From IMG/VR virus record IMGVR_UViG_3300042197_003251, positions 17,018 to 81,017 of that record: a DNA stretch of 64,000 bases, one strand, 5' to 3'. This document shows, one piece after another, positions 38,647 to 47,952 of this stretch; the first letter of the stretch is position 1; the number at the start of each line of letters is the position of its first letter. Position numbers and translations under genes: made by a program. The notes below the pieces were generated by a model. The model was not told the DNA's origin and ran no database searches. It was given only the letters and a program-made list of their open reading frames with translations. The stretch is from a virus.

Positions 38647-38921
38647 CGTTTTACCTCATTCTTGTAATGATTTATTGGCATATTATTTTTGTCTGACAAT
38701 TCTTCAACTTCAAGTGTTTTCCATAAAGTTGTATTTTCAAGTAAATTAATCATTTCCTGTTCTGTAATGATTAAATTTGTAAGTGAATCCACTTTTTGAT
38801 TTAATGATTTATTTTCTTTCATTAAAGTTTTAACTTGTGTAGCGGTTCCGCAACTCTTTAGGAATACCAAGAAAACCATTACAAGTCCAGTAATCATTAG
38901 AATTTTTTGTATTTTTTCCAT
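38643..38921 (-). CDS. Membrane-anchored coiled-coil protein (possible lipoprotein/spanin-like)
   Basis: N-terminal hydrophobic helix ending FLKSCG, then coiled coil. Confidence 0.55.
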   Translation of the reverse strand: MEKIQKILMITGLVMVFLVFLKSCGTATQVKTLMKENKSLNQKVDSLTNLIITEQEMINLLENTTLWKTLEVEELSDKNNMPINHYKNEVKR

Positions 38922-38964
38922 AATCTTTTTTATTAAATATTAGATATATAAATTTATTTGTAAA

Positions 38965-39783
38965 TTAAAGATAGTCAAAAAGGGTTGATGACTCATTTCT
39001 TAACTTGCGAAGTCCTCTTTCTTTAATTTGCCTAACCCTTTCTTTTGTTAAGTTAAAATCCATCCCTATGTCTTCAAGTGTTCTCGGTGTTCCCGATAGT
39101 CCATAGTAATCCATAATAATGTTTTTTTCTCTATCATCTAAAACATTAAGTATTTCCATAAGACCTTCTTTAACTTGTTTATCACTATTAAAAACATGGT
39201 CGGGTCGGAGTGAGTCTTTATTCTCAATTAGGTCAATCAAGGTGTCCCCATCTTCATTAATATTTGTTTCAAGATTAATTACCGAAGGTAAGTTTAGGAA
39301 CCTGTCATCCATGTCTCCACCTGATTTTTCAACCCTTTTCTTTTCCTTATGTAGGTCTTGTACTACATTGACGGGAATTCTAATTGTTCTGGAATTTTCA
39401 TTCAAGGATTGAAGGATTGATTGTTTAATCCACCAAACTGCGTATGATATAAATCTCAAGTTTTTGGACCAATCAAAACTATTAATTGCCCTCATAAGTC
39501 CAATATTACCTTCGGCAATTAAATCAGACAAATCAACTCCCTGATTTTGATATTGTTTTGCGATTGTAATAACGAACCTTAAATTACCTTCAAGCAATTC
39601 TTTTTCAATCTCTTTCTTTTCATTAAGCGAAATGTTTCCTGATTGAATTAGTTTTGATAATTCTTTTTCCCTTTCAGGTGTCATTACCTTAATTCTCCTC
39701 AATTCTTTAAGGTAATATTGAATTTCGTCTTGGTTAATTGCGGACACCATTTTGTCCTGTGTTTCATCCTTTTGAGTACTCAT
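38965..39783 (-). CDS. RNA polymerase sigma-70 factor (RpoD/RpoS-like, no region 1.1)
   Basis: NLRFVITIAKQY, DLIAEGNIGL, RFISYAVWWIKQSI, RTIRIP, TLEDIG...LTKERVRQI. Confidence 0.95.
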   Translation of the reverse strand: MSTQKDETQDKMVSAINQDEIQYYLKELRRIKVMTPEREKELSKLIQSGNISLNEKKEIEKELLEGNLRFVITIAKQYQNQGVDLSDLIAEGNIGLMRAINSFDWSKNLRFISYAVWWIKQSILQSLNENSRTIRIPVNVVQDLHKEKKRVEKSGGDMDDRFLNLPSVINLETNINEDGDTLIDLIENKDSLRPDHVFNSDKQVKEGLMEILNVLDDREKNIIMDYYGLSGTPRTLEDIGMDFNLTKERVRQIKERGLRKLRNESSTLFDYL

Positions 39784-40303
39784 TTAATAATTGTGTTTCT
39801 ATTTCTGTTAAGTTGTTAATTCCGACTTCATTTATTTTGTCAAGAATTTGGTCTAATGTTGGGGGTGTTAGTTTTTCCAACACTTCTTCAATATCCGCAA
39901 TTCTTTTTACAAAGTTTCTAATTTCTTCTTCGGTCATAGTACGATTTTCATTTTGTGGCTCCGATTCCAAATTATGTTCCATACCTTGTGTCTCTGACAA
40001 AATGTCATGCTCTTCATCGGGTCCCATAAGTTGGTTACAAATTTCTTCGTCTTGTATTCCGAAAATAACATCTTCTGTAAGCGGCGTTATAAAATACATC
40101 GCCGAAAATAGTGACAAATAACTATATAGATGTTCATCAATTTTGTCTGAACTATCCAACGATTCAAAATTGAATATTCCTCCCGTTGCTCCTAACCTAT
40201 ATCTAACTTCACTAGTTGATATTCTAGACACAATTTCACCAATCTTTTCAAGAACAAAATCATTTTCATCATAAGTCCCGAATACAAATAATAGATATTT
40301 CAT
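39764..40303 (-). CDS. Hypothetical protein with C-terminal DUF6576-like motif
   Basis: LDQILDKINEVGINNLTEIE. Confidence 0.65.
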   Translation of the reverse strand: MKYLLFVFGTYDENDFVLEKIGEIVSRISTSEVRYRLGATGGIFNFESLDSSDKIDEHLYSYLSLFSAMYFITPLTEDVIFGIQDEEICNQLMGPDEEHDILSETQGMEHNLESEPQNENRTMTEEEIRNFVKRIADIEEVLEKLTPPTLDQILDKINEVGINNLTEIETQLLNEYSKG

Positions 40304-40352
40304 ATTTAATTTTTTACAAAAGTATTACTGAAGTTTCAATTTACCAAAAAAA

Positions 40353-42725
40353 CTAATTAACAATTTTACTGATGTTGTCAATTTTCTTTACTTTAATTGT
40401 GTTGTCAGCCCACTGCGAAATTAGTGGATTGTGGGTAATAACCAAAATATTTTCAAAATATTCTTTAATCTTAATGAAGAACTCATAAACCATTTCAAGA
40501 TTGTCATTTGATATTTTTCCAAATACTTCATCAAATACGACTATATTAGGTTTGGGTAAAGAACAAACTTTTGATAAAACAGCCCTTAATGCTAATGATG
40601 CGATTGTTTTTTCATAACCTGAACCACTGGCCATTAATTTTTCAACTTGTGTATTATTATCAATCATCCAAAACTCAACTTCATTTTTTTCAGATATTCT
40701 GACTTCCAATCTGAAATAACAAGAGTCTTGTAAAAGTCTTTGTAATTCTGAATTGATAAGTGGCATCATATTTTTCATTATTCTTTTTGAAATACCATTC
40801 TTACCATATAGTTCCAAATAGATTTTATATTTTGACTCTTTAGCTTGCTCGTCTTTTATTTTATCAATAAGTTCAAGATTTTTAATTACCTTTTCATTAT
40901 TTTTAGATATTTCAAAATTCGCATTTGTTATTGTCCTTTCAGCATTTGATAATTCAGTTTTAAGTTCATTAATTCTGATGTCCGCCTTAACAATTAAACT
41001 ATCGGTGTTATTATTCTTTTGAACAATGTCTTGAACCTCATAATACCTTTTAAGTTTATCTTCAAGTAATATTTTTTTGCTTTCCAAACTTTCAATTGTT
41101 GCCTGATACTTTTCAAATACAAGTTTATTTTTTTCATATTCATCAAACTCTTTTTTAAGTTGAATAAATCCTTGCTCTTTGCCTGATAATTCTTGTATTA
41201 ACCCGTCAACCTTACCTTTCTGAGTAACAAAACCATCAAGTTCCGCAATTTTGGATTGGGTAATAGCTGCGTTCATAAGTTCAATTCCACAATATTCACA
41301 CTTTATTCCTCCGCTAACAGAACTTTTAAGTTTTTCAATTTCTTTAATTTTGCTCTCAACTTCAATCTTTGTTCTGAATTCTTTATTATATTCATCTTTG
41401 ATTTTGTCGTGTTGGTCTTCGTGATAATATTCTTTTGGTTCAACGATTTTAACATTGTCTCGGTCATTTGTGTTCTTATCAATTTCAAATTCATATTTTT
41501 TAATTTCATTTTTGGTGTTTTCTGGATTCAAAAGAGCAATTTCTTTGTCAACTGATACTTTAGATTTAAGAAGATTGTCTCTATATTCCTGTCCTTTTTT
41601 TAATCTTTCATTTGCTTCTTCAACTTTTTTTTCACCTTCCGATATTACATTTTTCAGATTTTCGTTGTTTTCTTTAACTTGTTCAATTTCTTGTTTCAAA
41701 CTTTCAGTATTATAAATGTTTGAAATCATAGATTTTGAAAATTCAGAATAAAGTTGTTTTCCCGTTTCTTCTTTTCTTTTAAGAAAATCTAACCCCAAAA
41801 ATCTAGAAATAACTTGTCCTCTTGCCGTTGGTTTTGATTCAAGTAAATCCTCAAGATTACTTCCAGTTGTCAGGATTGTCATTAAAAAGTCATCATACTC
41901 ACCAATTGATAGTTTGATAAAATTTTCAGTTTCTTTTCTTTGTTCTCCTGTAAATTTAACAAGTGAACCGTCAGGATATTTTTTAAAGAAGTCCAATTCA
42001 GTTTTGACATTCCATTCACCTGATTTTGCCTTTTTTCTTTCAAGTTCCCTTACAATTATGTAATCCTCACCATCAATAACAATTTGTCCTTCAACATATA
42101 CTTTATTGCTGTCAGAATACCTATTGAAAATTTCTTCAACCTTATTTGTCTTGGTTGTTGTATTAAAAAATAAAAACAATAAAAGGTCAACGGATAAAAT
42201 TGTCTTTCCTCCAAAATTTGGTGGGTCCGATTCAATTACGGTAATTCCTCCAAGTTTTGAAAACTCAATTTTTTGTTTTTCACCATATGATAAGAAATTT
42301 GAAAACTCAATTGTTTTAATATACCACTTTTTAAATGCTGGTATTTCTTCTTGTTCAGACAACATTTTATTTTCAACAGCATTGTCAATCTTAATAACTT
42401 CATCAAATAAGTCCGATTGTCCTTTTGATTCAAGAATACTTTTTAAAAGTTCATGTTGATAGTTTTTATCCATAATATTAATGGATACGTCAACATTGTC
42501 TTCTTTGTCTTCTTCAGATTTTTTAAGTTTGGTTACAACATTAACAGAGGTTGTGTTATATTTTTTCTGAAAATAATGTTTTACACTTTTAAGTTTTTCT
42601 TGTGTAAAATTTTCAGGATAGTCTTCCCACACAACTTGAATTGGCGGATTATCCAATGTTGTTAAATCCAAATCTTTAATCATTTTAATTTTTCTTAAAT
42701 CTAATGGTTTACTGAATAGGTCCAC
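40353..42725 (-). CDS. sbcC: SbcC/Rad50/gp46-like ATPase
   Basis: NFLSYG, variant Walker A NFGGKT, zinc hook CEYC, SGSGYE signature, VFDEVFG Walker B, ITHN. Confidence 0.92.
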   Translation of the reverse strand: MDLFSKPLDLRKIKMIKDLDLTTLDNPPIQVVWEDYPENFTQEKLKSVKHYFQKKYNTTSVNVVTKLKKSEEDKEDNVDVSINIMDKNYQHELLKSILESKGQSDLFDEVIKIDNAVENKMLSEQEEIPAFKKWYIKTIEFSNFLSYGEKQKIEFSKLGGITVIESDPPNFGGKTILSVDLLLFLFFNTTTKTNKVEEIFNRYSDSNKVYVEGQIVIDGEDYIIVRELERKKAKSGEWNVKTELDFFKKYPDGSLVKFTGEQRKETENFIKLSIGEYDDFLMTILTTGSNLEDLLESKPTARGQVISRFLGLDFLKRKEETGKQLYSEFSKSMISNIYNTESLKQEIEQVKENNENLKNVISEGEKKVEEANERLKKGQEYRDNLLKSKVSVDKEIALLNPENTKNEIKKYEFEIDKNTNDRDNVKIVEPKEYYHEDQHDKIKDEYNKEFRTKIEVESKIKEIEKLKSSVSGGIKCEYCGIELMNAAITQSKIAELDGFVTQKGKVDGLIQELSGKEQGFIQLKKEFDEYEKNKLVFEKYQATIESLESKKILLEDKLKRYYEVQDIVQKNNNTDSLIVKADIRINELKTELSNAERTITNANFEISKNNEKVIKNLELIDKIKDEQAKESKYKIYLELYGKNGISKRIMKNMMPLINSELQRLLQDSCYFRLEVRISEKNEVEFWMIDNNTQVEKLMASGSGYEKTIASLALRAVLSKVCSLPKPNIVVFDEVFGKISNDNLEMVYEFFIKIKEYFENILVITHNPLISQWADNTIKVKKIDNISKIVN

Positions 42726-42891
42726 TTGTTTTTTCTGTCATCTTGTTCTCTGTCGAGGCACTCATTTCATCAAGATATTTCATCATCTCACTTTCAAATT
42801 TTTTCGCGTAAGATTTTCTTGCTGCTTCAATTTTTTGATTTCTCGCTTTCACTTTTTGTTTGTGATTTTTTCTGTTTCGTGATACTGGCAT
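42709..42891 (-). CDS. Small basic hypothetical protein
   Basis: MPVSRNRKNHKQK... Confidence 0.65.
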   Translation of the reverse strand: MPVSRNRKNHKQKVKARNQKIEAARKSYAKKFESEMMKYLDEMSASTENKMTEKTSGPIQ

Positions 42892-42903
42892 AATATATAA
42901 ATT

Positions 42904-43263
42904 TTAATTGTTACTAGAAGAAGGTCGGTTCTGTTCAAACCATTCAATTATTGCGTTGATTGCCCATACAGCTCCTGATGATAATATACCATCAAAAAAC
43001 CAACTAATCCATAGGGGTAATGTGAAAATTTCTAAAGTTGGCGAATAAATGAACGCTCCAAGAAAAAATCCTCCCCAAGTAGAAAAACACATAGGGCAGG
43101 TTAAAATTCCTGAAATAAATCCTCCGACTGATTGAAATGGAGCATAATCATTATTTCCCCAATCAATAAAAAATTGTCTGAATTTTTTAAATATGGAACC
43201 ATACACCATAATGTTCATAAGCCCATAGCTTAAAATGAACCACGCTAAAATTTTTGTAATCAT
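42904..43263 (-). CDS. Membrane protein, DUF1360-like
   Basis: IFKKFR...ILTCPMCFSTWGG. Confidence 0.7.
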   Translation of the reverse strand: MITKILAWFILSYGLMNIMVYGSIFKKFRQFFIDWGNNDYAPFQSVGGFISGILTCPMCFSTWGGFFLGAFIYSPTLEIFTLPLWISWFFDGILSSGAVWAINAIIEWFEQNRPSSSNN

Positions 43264-43712
43264 AATCTTTCTTTTAAATTTGAGTTTTTAAGGTAAAAAG
43301 CATAAGAAGTTTTTGTTAAATTCTCAAGCTCTAACGTTTTTGCTGTTAATTCTTTTATTCTTGTATTCTTATCTCCAAGTTGTCTATTTAATTCCATTAC
43401 AGTTTCTTGTAGTTTACCACATTCAATTTCTTTTTGATTTTCCAATTTTCCTTTGAGGACATAGATTTCATTTTGAAGTTCTTCAATCTTTGATGTGTCC
43501 TCAACTTTAACTTCCTTTTCAAATTCTCTGTCTATCACTTCTGGAAGTTCACCCTGATTTAACATCCCGTATTTCTCTATGAAAAATCCTTTACGAAAAC
43601 ATAACATCATAAACCCATTTATGTCGGTGATTTCATTTGCATCGCAGAATGATTGAATGTCAAACGAATCACTTTTATTAATTTCAATAATTAACGAATT
43701 TTTCTGCTCCAT
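43260..43712 (-). CDS. Coiled-coil hypothetical protein
   Basis: 150-aa ORF. Confidence 0.7.
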   Translation of the reverse strand: MEQKNSLIIEINKSDSFDIQSFCDANEITDINGFMMLCFRKGFFIEKYGMLNQGELPEVIDREFEKEVKVEDTSKIEELQNEIYVLKGKLENQKEIECGKLQETVMELNRQLGDKNTRIKELTAKTLELENLTKTSYAFYLKNSNLKERL

Positions 43713-44463
43713 TTTCTATGTCCTCGTATGAATTAATTCTAAATGATAAGAATGGTTTTGGATTGTGTAAATCTATTGTTTGGTATTCATTTTTTTCAAC
43801 ATCATAAATTCCATATCCGTGTTTTGTTACGGTTTCCCCATAGTTTTGACAAATTGTGGAACCAATCATATACGCTTTCTTTCCCCCAGGAATATCAAAT
43901 ATTTGTCTTTTGTGAATATCTCCACAAAATACTAAATCACAACCTTCAAATTTTGAACTTTCAAACCCATCTTCAAATTTAAATCCAAGATTTGTTGTGA
44001 GTCCCTGAACCGGTCCATGAAAAAGCCCAATCTTAACTCTATCTGATTTTTCAATATCAGGTGGGATGTTGTGGTCCATAAGTGAGTAAACACACCAATC
44101 AATATTTTCATCCTCATAAACCCCCCTGTTTTTATAATAAACCAAGTTGTTATTTTTAAGTGAGTCAACAACTGGTGTTAATGCGTCAAGTCTTTCCAAA
44201 TTACTTTCAAGGAAGTCATGATTACCTGGTATAAGAATTGTTTTTGCAATTTTGGAACATTCACTTAACACCCAAGCAATAAACTCAACAAGTTCAGGTG
44301 TCATTTGATTTTTTGAATGAACCAAATCTCCCGTAAATACTATTCGGTCAGGGGCAATTTTTTTCCATTGTTCAAAAGCATCTGTTAAAATACTTTTATA
44401 AAGTGTATGGTCTTTATACAACCTTATATGAAGGTCACTAAAATGAATAATTTTTTTTATCAT
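43684..44463 (-). CDS. sbcD: SbcD/Mre11/gp47-like nuclease
   Basis: SDLH, TGDLVH, PGNHD, FHG, GDIH, GSTICQNYGE. Confidence 0.9.
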   Translation of the reverse strand: MIKKIIHFSDLHIRLYKDHTLYKSILTDAFEQWKKIAPDRIVFTGDLVHSKNQMTPELVEFIAWVLSECSKIAKTILIPGNHDFLESNLERLDALTPVVDSLKNNNLVYYKNRGVYEDENIDWCVYSLMDHNIPPDIEKSDRVKIGLFHGPVQGLTTNLGFKFEDGFESSKFEGCDLVFCGDIHKRQIFDIPGGKKAYMIGSTICQNYGETVTKHGYGIYDVEKNEYQTIDLHNPKPFLSFRINSYEDIENGAEKFVNY

Positions 44464-44699
44464 TATAGTTCTATTTTTGGAGCGTCTTCAAAAAATGGAT
44501 TTAAATCATCGTTTACATGTCCGCAATCTTTACATGCATAAGTTGGAAAAGGAACAATTGTATCTTGTTCTGAACCAGTTAAAAGTGCTGAAACTTTTTT
44601 TAACATTGTTACTTCGGTAAAAAGTTTACATCCACATTTTTCACAAGTAACAGGTGGAATTTTACTTAATTCAATTTTTGGTCTTATAATTTCGTTCAT
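44463..44699 (-). CDS. Zinc-ribbon protein
   Basis: CEKCG...CKDCGH. Confidence 0.75.
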   Translation of the reverse strand: MNEIIRPKIELSKIPPVTCEKCGCKLFTEVTMLKKVSALLTGSEQDTIVPFPTYACKDCGHVNDDLNPFFEDAPKIEL

Positions 44700-44736
44700 A
44701 ATTTTTTATAAAATATAGTTTATTTTTCTTTAATAA

Positions 44737-45591
44737 TCAAATCAAATATTTTTTCATATCCATATCAAGAATGGTGTCAATGACTTTTTGAGGAACTCTA
44801 AATTCTTCAAATTCTGAATCTTCTTTTAATAGAGTTATAATACATCCATATAGTTTTAAATTCTCATACTTTGTCCCTTCAAGCATTTTAAGTAATAACT
44901 TTCCGTAAAAAGGAAGTTGGAGGTAATAGTGTCCGAGCGCCGTATCATCAATATCACCGAATGGTTGTTTCATTTTTTTGGTGAATTTGGTTGGCATAAA
45001 GTTTTTTGGTTTATTTGTTTTATAGTCAGTTATCAAAAGCCCAAATTCATTACCTTTTTTATTTATTACTAGCCAAATTTTATCAGGAGTACCGACATAA
45101 CCAAATAATTGACTACCCAATATCATTTCAGTATCTAAAAGAACTACATTTCTGTCTTTCATTAATTTAAGAAATTTTTTACCAGCATTAATCATGCTGT
45201 CCCCTTTTAATATTTGAGTAAAATCACAATTAAATTCAGGTTTTCTAACAATTTTATCAATTTTAAAAATTTTATGGGACTCTTTTTCTAAAATATAGTG
45301 AACTCTACTACCCATATTTGTTGAGTAATCTCCAGCGGCAGCCCATTCCTCAATAAGTTGTTTTTTAAGTACAGGGTCTCCCTTAGATTTTTTTTCCGCA
45401 GCTTCATCAGTTGGGAATTCAAGATAAAACTTTTTTAAAACTTTAGATACTGAAGGCCAGTCACTCCTTAAATTACCATGTATGTCTACCATAGTGTACT
45501 TATGTGTTTCTTCTTCAAAAGTTAATTGTAATTCTTTTTGTTTTTGGGAAATTATTTCCAATAATTCTTTTCTTACTTTATATAAATCCAT
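44737..45591 (-). CDS. PD-(D/E)XK exonuclease (Cas4/lambda-exo-like)
   Basis: SVSKVL, GSRVH, E...GTPD...DYKT, YYLQL..Y. Confidence 0.88.
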   Translation of the reverse strand: MDLYKVRKELLEIISQKQKELQLTFEEETHKYTMVDIHGNLRSDWPSVSKVLKKFYLEFPTDEAAEKKSKGDPVLKKQLIEEWAAAGDYSTNMGSRVHYILEKESHKIFKIDKIVRKPEFNCDFTQILKGDSMINAGKKFLKLMKDRNVVLLDTEMILGSQLFGYVGTPDKIWLVINKKGNEFGLLITDYKTNKPKNFMPTKFTKKMKQPFGDIDDTALGHYYLQLPFYGKLLLKMLEGTKYENLKLYGCIITLLKEDSEFEEFRVPQKVIDTILDMDMKKYLI

Positions 45592-45592
45592 T

Positions 45593-46213
45593 TTAAACTA
45601 TTTTATCACTTTTTTTATAATTTTCTTCGGCCCATAAAGGTTGTAAATTAGTATAGTGACACAAATTGTAAATCTCCTCCTCTGACTTTGCGGTTGATAG
45701 CGGTATTATGTGGTCAATGTGCCATCCATAAAATCCGTAATTATCCCAAGACATTCCATCTTTGAATTGTTTTTCAATATGTTCTTTAACAATTTCAGGT
45801 GTCGCTCCGACTATATCAAAAGTTTCATTATTTTTATTTATTTTTTTAGTTTTTAAAAATAATTTTAACCTATTTCTAATATTTGTTTTTAATTTGAAAA
45901 TTAAATCATTATTATATCGGTTTTTTTCTCTTTTTGAAATTTTACTTCTATTATTTTTTCGGTATTCTTTTTCTTTTTCAGAATATTTTTTGTGTTTTGC
46001 CTTGATACGTAATAGTTCTTTATCATGGTTTTTATAGTAATACTTTTTATAACCTTCTCTTTTTTTTTCTATATTTTTTAAATAATATTCTTTGTGATAT
46101 TTTCGTCTACACATTTTGCATTTAGACATAATACCAATTTTATTTCTACTATCTTTGTCAAACTCACATATATTTTTTTCTTCCCCACATTTTTTACAAA
46201 TTTTTGTTTCCAT
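45593..46213 (-). CDS. HNH homing-type endonuclease with N-terminal Zn finger
   Basis: CKKC...CKMC, WHIDHIIPL, HYTNLQPLW..ENYKK. Confidence 0.88.
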   Translation of the reverse strand: METKICKKCGEEKNICEFDKDSRNKIGIMSKCKMCRRKYHKEYYLKNIEKKREGYKKYYYKNHDKELLRIKAKHKKYSEKEKEYRKNNRSKISKREKNRYNNDLIFKLKTNIRNRLKLFLKTKKINKNNETFDIVGATPEIVKEHIEKQFKDGMSWDNYGFYGWHIDHIIPLSTAKSEEEIYNLCHYTNLQPLWAEENYKKSDKIV

Positions 46214-46355
46214 ATTGTTTGTAATTTTCTAATAATTCATTTACTAAAGAGGAAAGATTAATATGGTAATTCCTATAATACCTTAATAGTTCGGGTTTAA
46301 TTGCGATAGAAATACTTTGTTTTTTTTCTTCATTATTTTTTTTTACTTTTCCCAT
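46194..46355 (-). CDS. Small ribbon-helix-helix-like protein (53 aa, not in ORF track)
   Basis: MGKVKKNNEEKKQSISIAIKPELLRYYRNYHINLSSLVNELLENY; overlaps HNH start. Confidence 0.75.
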   Translation of the reverse strand: MGKVKKNNEEKKQSISIAIKPELLRYYRNYHINLSSLVNELLENYKQYGNKNL

Positions 46356-46410
46356 ATTATATAAATATATTAATTTTCATAAAAATTGTTAAAATTAACA
46401 ATTTTTAAAT

Positions 46411-46752
46411 TCATAAATTAGAAAAAAAATTTTTTAAATAAAAAAATAGAAAAATAATAAAAATTATTGAGCAGTATATTCCAACTAAAAAAGTGAATAT
46501 ATATAATTTCTTACCGGTGTTAACTCTCTTTACTTTAATCCTGTAGTTCGGACCTTTTAACTTCATCAGAGCACAATATCTATGGTTCCCATCAATAATT
46601 TCATTGTCTTTTGACACAAAAATATAATCTCCATCATATTTAAATCCCTCCCTTAAAATTACATTTGTCATTACATTTTTTCGTTTTGGGTATATGTATT
46701 GGGTGCAACATAAATCACCAACATTTACTTCATCAATAGTTTTTTTAAACAT
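46411..46752 (-). CDS. ParB/Sulfiredoxin-like domain with C-terminal TM
   Basis: IIDGNHRYCA motif; hydrophobic tail. Confidence 0.65.
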   Translation of the reverse strand: MFKKTIDEVNVGDLCCTQYIYPKRKNVMTNVILREGFKYDGDYIFVSKDNEIIDGNHRYCALMKLKGPNYRIKVKRVNTGKKLYIFTFLVGIYCSIIFIIFLFFYLKNFFSNL

Positions 46753-46753
46753 G

Positions 46754-47650
46754 TTAATAATTCATTTTATAATAAAAATTGTTTATATCACCTTTTAAAT
46801 CACAAACATCTTTGTCTGTTGGTAATTTTAATATTTTGATTTTCCCTCCGAGTTTTCCCCCGTTAAGTTGATTATATATTCTTTTTGCATTATCCCACGC
46901 ATCCCCATCAAGACAAATAATAATGTCATTTTTTGATTTTTCATATAGTTCTGTAAATAATAATTCAGGAAGAACTTTTCCCAAAAGAGGTATTGAGTTT
47001 GGAAGAAAAAATGAATCAAATACTCCCTCACATAAAAAAATTGGTTCATTCCAATTTATTAAACTTTCATTAAAAATTATAAGTTCCTTTGGAGCTTGTG
47101 GGTTTTTATATTTGCTTTTTGTTTTAAACCAAGCCCGTGAAACAAAAAAATTAAGTTCCCCTTCTTTATCAAAAGATGGAACAATTATTCTTCCGTTATA
47201 TTCCCCTTCGCAAGCAAAACCTATTTTATATTTTTTTATAATCTCATCGTTTATTCCCCTACTTGCAAGATAATTTTTTGCTTGTTTATGTGGAACATGC
47301 AAAGGATTATAGTCGTCAAATGAAGTATATTCTTTTGGTAATTTTAAACTTACCCTTTCCCTTTTTTCTTTTTGGACTTCAACGGGTTTGAAAACATTAT
47401 ATATTTTTTTTTGTTTTTTGTTTCCAACAATATCAACAAGTTTTCCAAGAGCCCCTTGTGTTCCGTTTATCTCACAACAACTCCAGCATTTAAATACGTG
47501 TTGAAAAATATTAACCTCAAGATTTCCTTTGTTTCTTCCTTCGTCACAGACATAACAATTGAACGCAATTTGTCCTTTGCTCGGGTAGTATTGTTTTTCT
47601 TTTCCGAGCATGTCCCTAAACAAATCAACTAAAACTTCTTGTTCTTCCAT
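46754..47650 (-). CDS. DNA primase (Zn finger + TOPRIM)
   Basis: CYVC...CWSC, YLASRG, RIIVP, KYKNP, CEGVFD, LDGDA, KDVCD. Confidence 0.92.
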   Translation of the reverse strand: MEEQEVLVDLFRDMLGKEKQYYPSKGQIAFNCYVCDEGRNKGNLEVNIFQHVFKCWSCCEINGTQGALGKLVDIVGNKKQKKIYNVFKPVEVQKEKRERVSLKLPKEYTSFDDYNPLHVPHKQAKNYLASRGINDEIIKKYKIGFACEGEYNGRIIVPSFDKEGELNFFVSRAWFKTKSKYKNPQAPKELIIFNESLINWNEPIFLCEGVFDSFFLPNSIPLLGKVLPELLFTELYEKSKNDIIICLDGDAWDNAKRIYNQLNGGKLGGKIKILKLPTDKDVCDLKGDINNFYYKMNY

Positions 47651-47726
47651 TAATCAGTAAAATATAGGGCAAAAAGTAAAACAAATCAAACTTCACAAAC
47701 TTTTGTGTCTTTCTATATTTATGAAT

Positions 47727-47951
47727 ATGCCAACGAGTATCACAATTAATAATGTTACAGGTTCTTCACCATATGACGTTTATTTATCACCGATTGATGC
47801 AAATAATTTTTATTATATGACTCAAATTGAATCGGTTGATTTACCTTATACATTCATTGTGCCAAACTTACTTCAAAATTATAGTGAATATTGTTTGCAA
47901 ATTGAGGACGCTAGTGGTTGCATAATAACTAATTGTTTTACAATAACATAA
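47727..47951 (+). CDS. Small beta-sandwich virion-type protein, paralog of 59093-59371
   Basis: ITINNVTGSSPYDVY...LQIEDASGC vs IQINSISGTSPFDIY...VKIIDANGC. Confidence 0.7.
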   Translation: MPTSITINNVTGSSPYDVYLSPIDANNFYYMTQIESVDLPYTFIVPNLLQNYSEYCLQIEDASGCIITNCFTIT

Positions 47952-47952
47952 T

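Noticed and set aside
44737-45591. Cas4 as evidence of a CRISPR-Cas system
   Set aside because: No array or other cas genes in the window; context is replication/recombination
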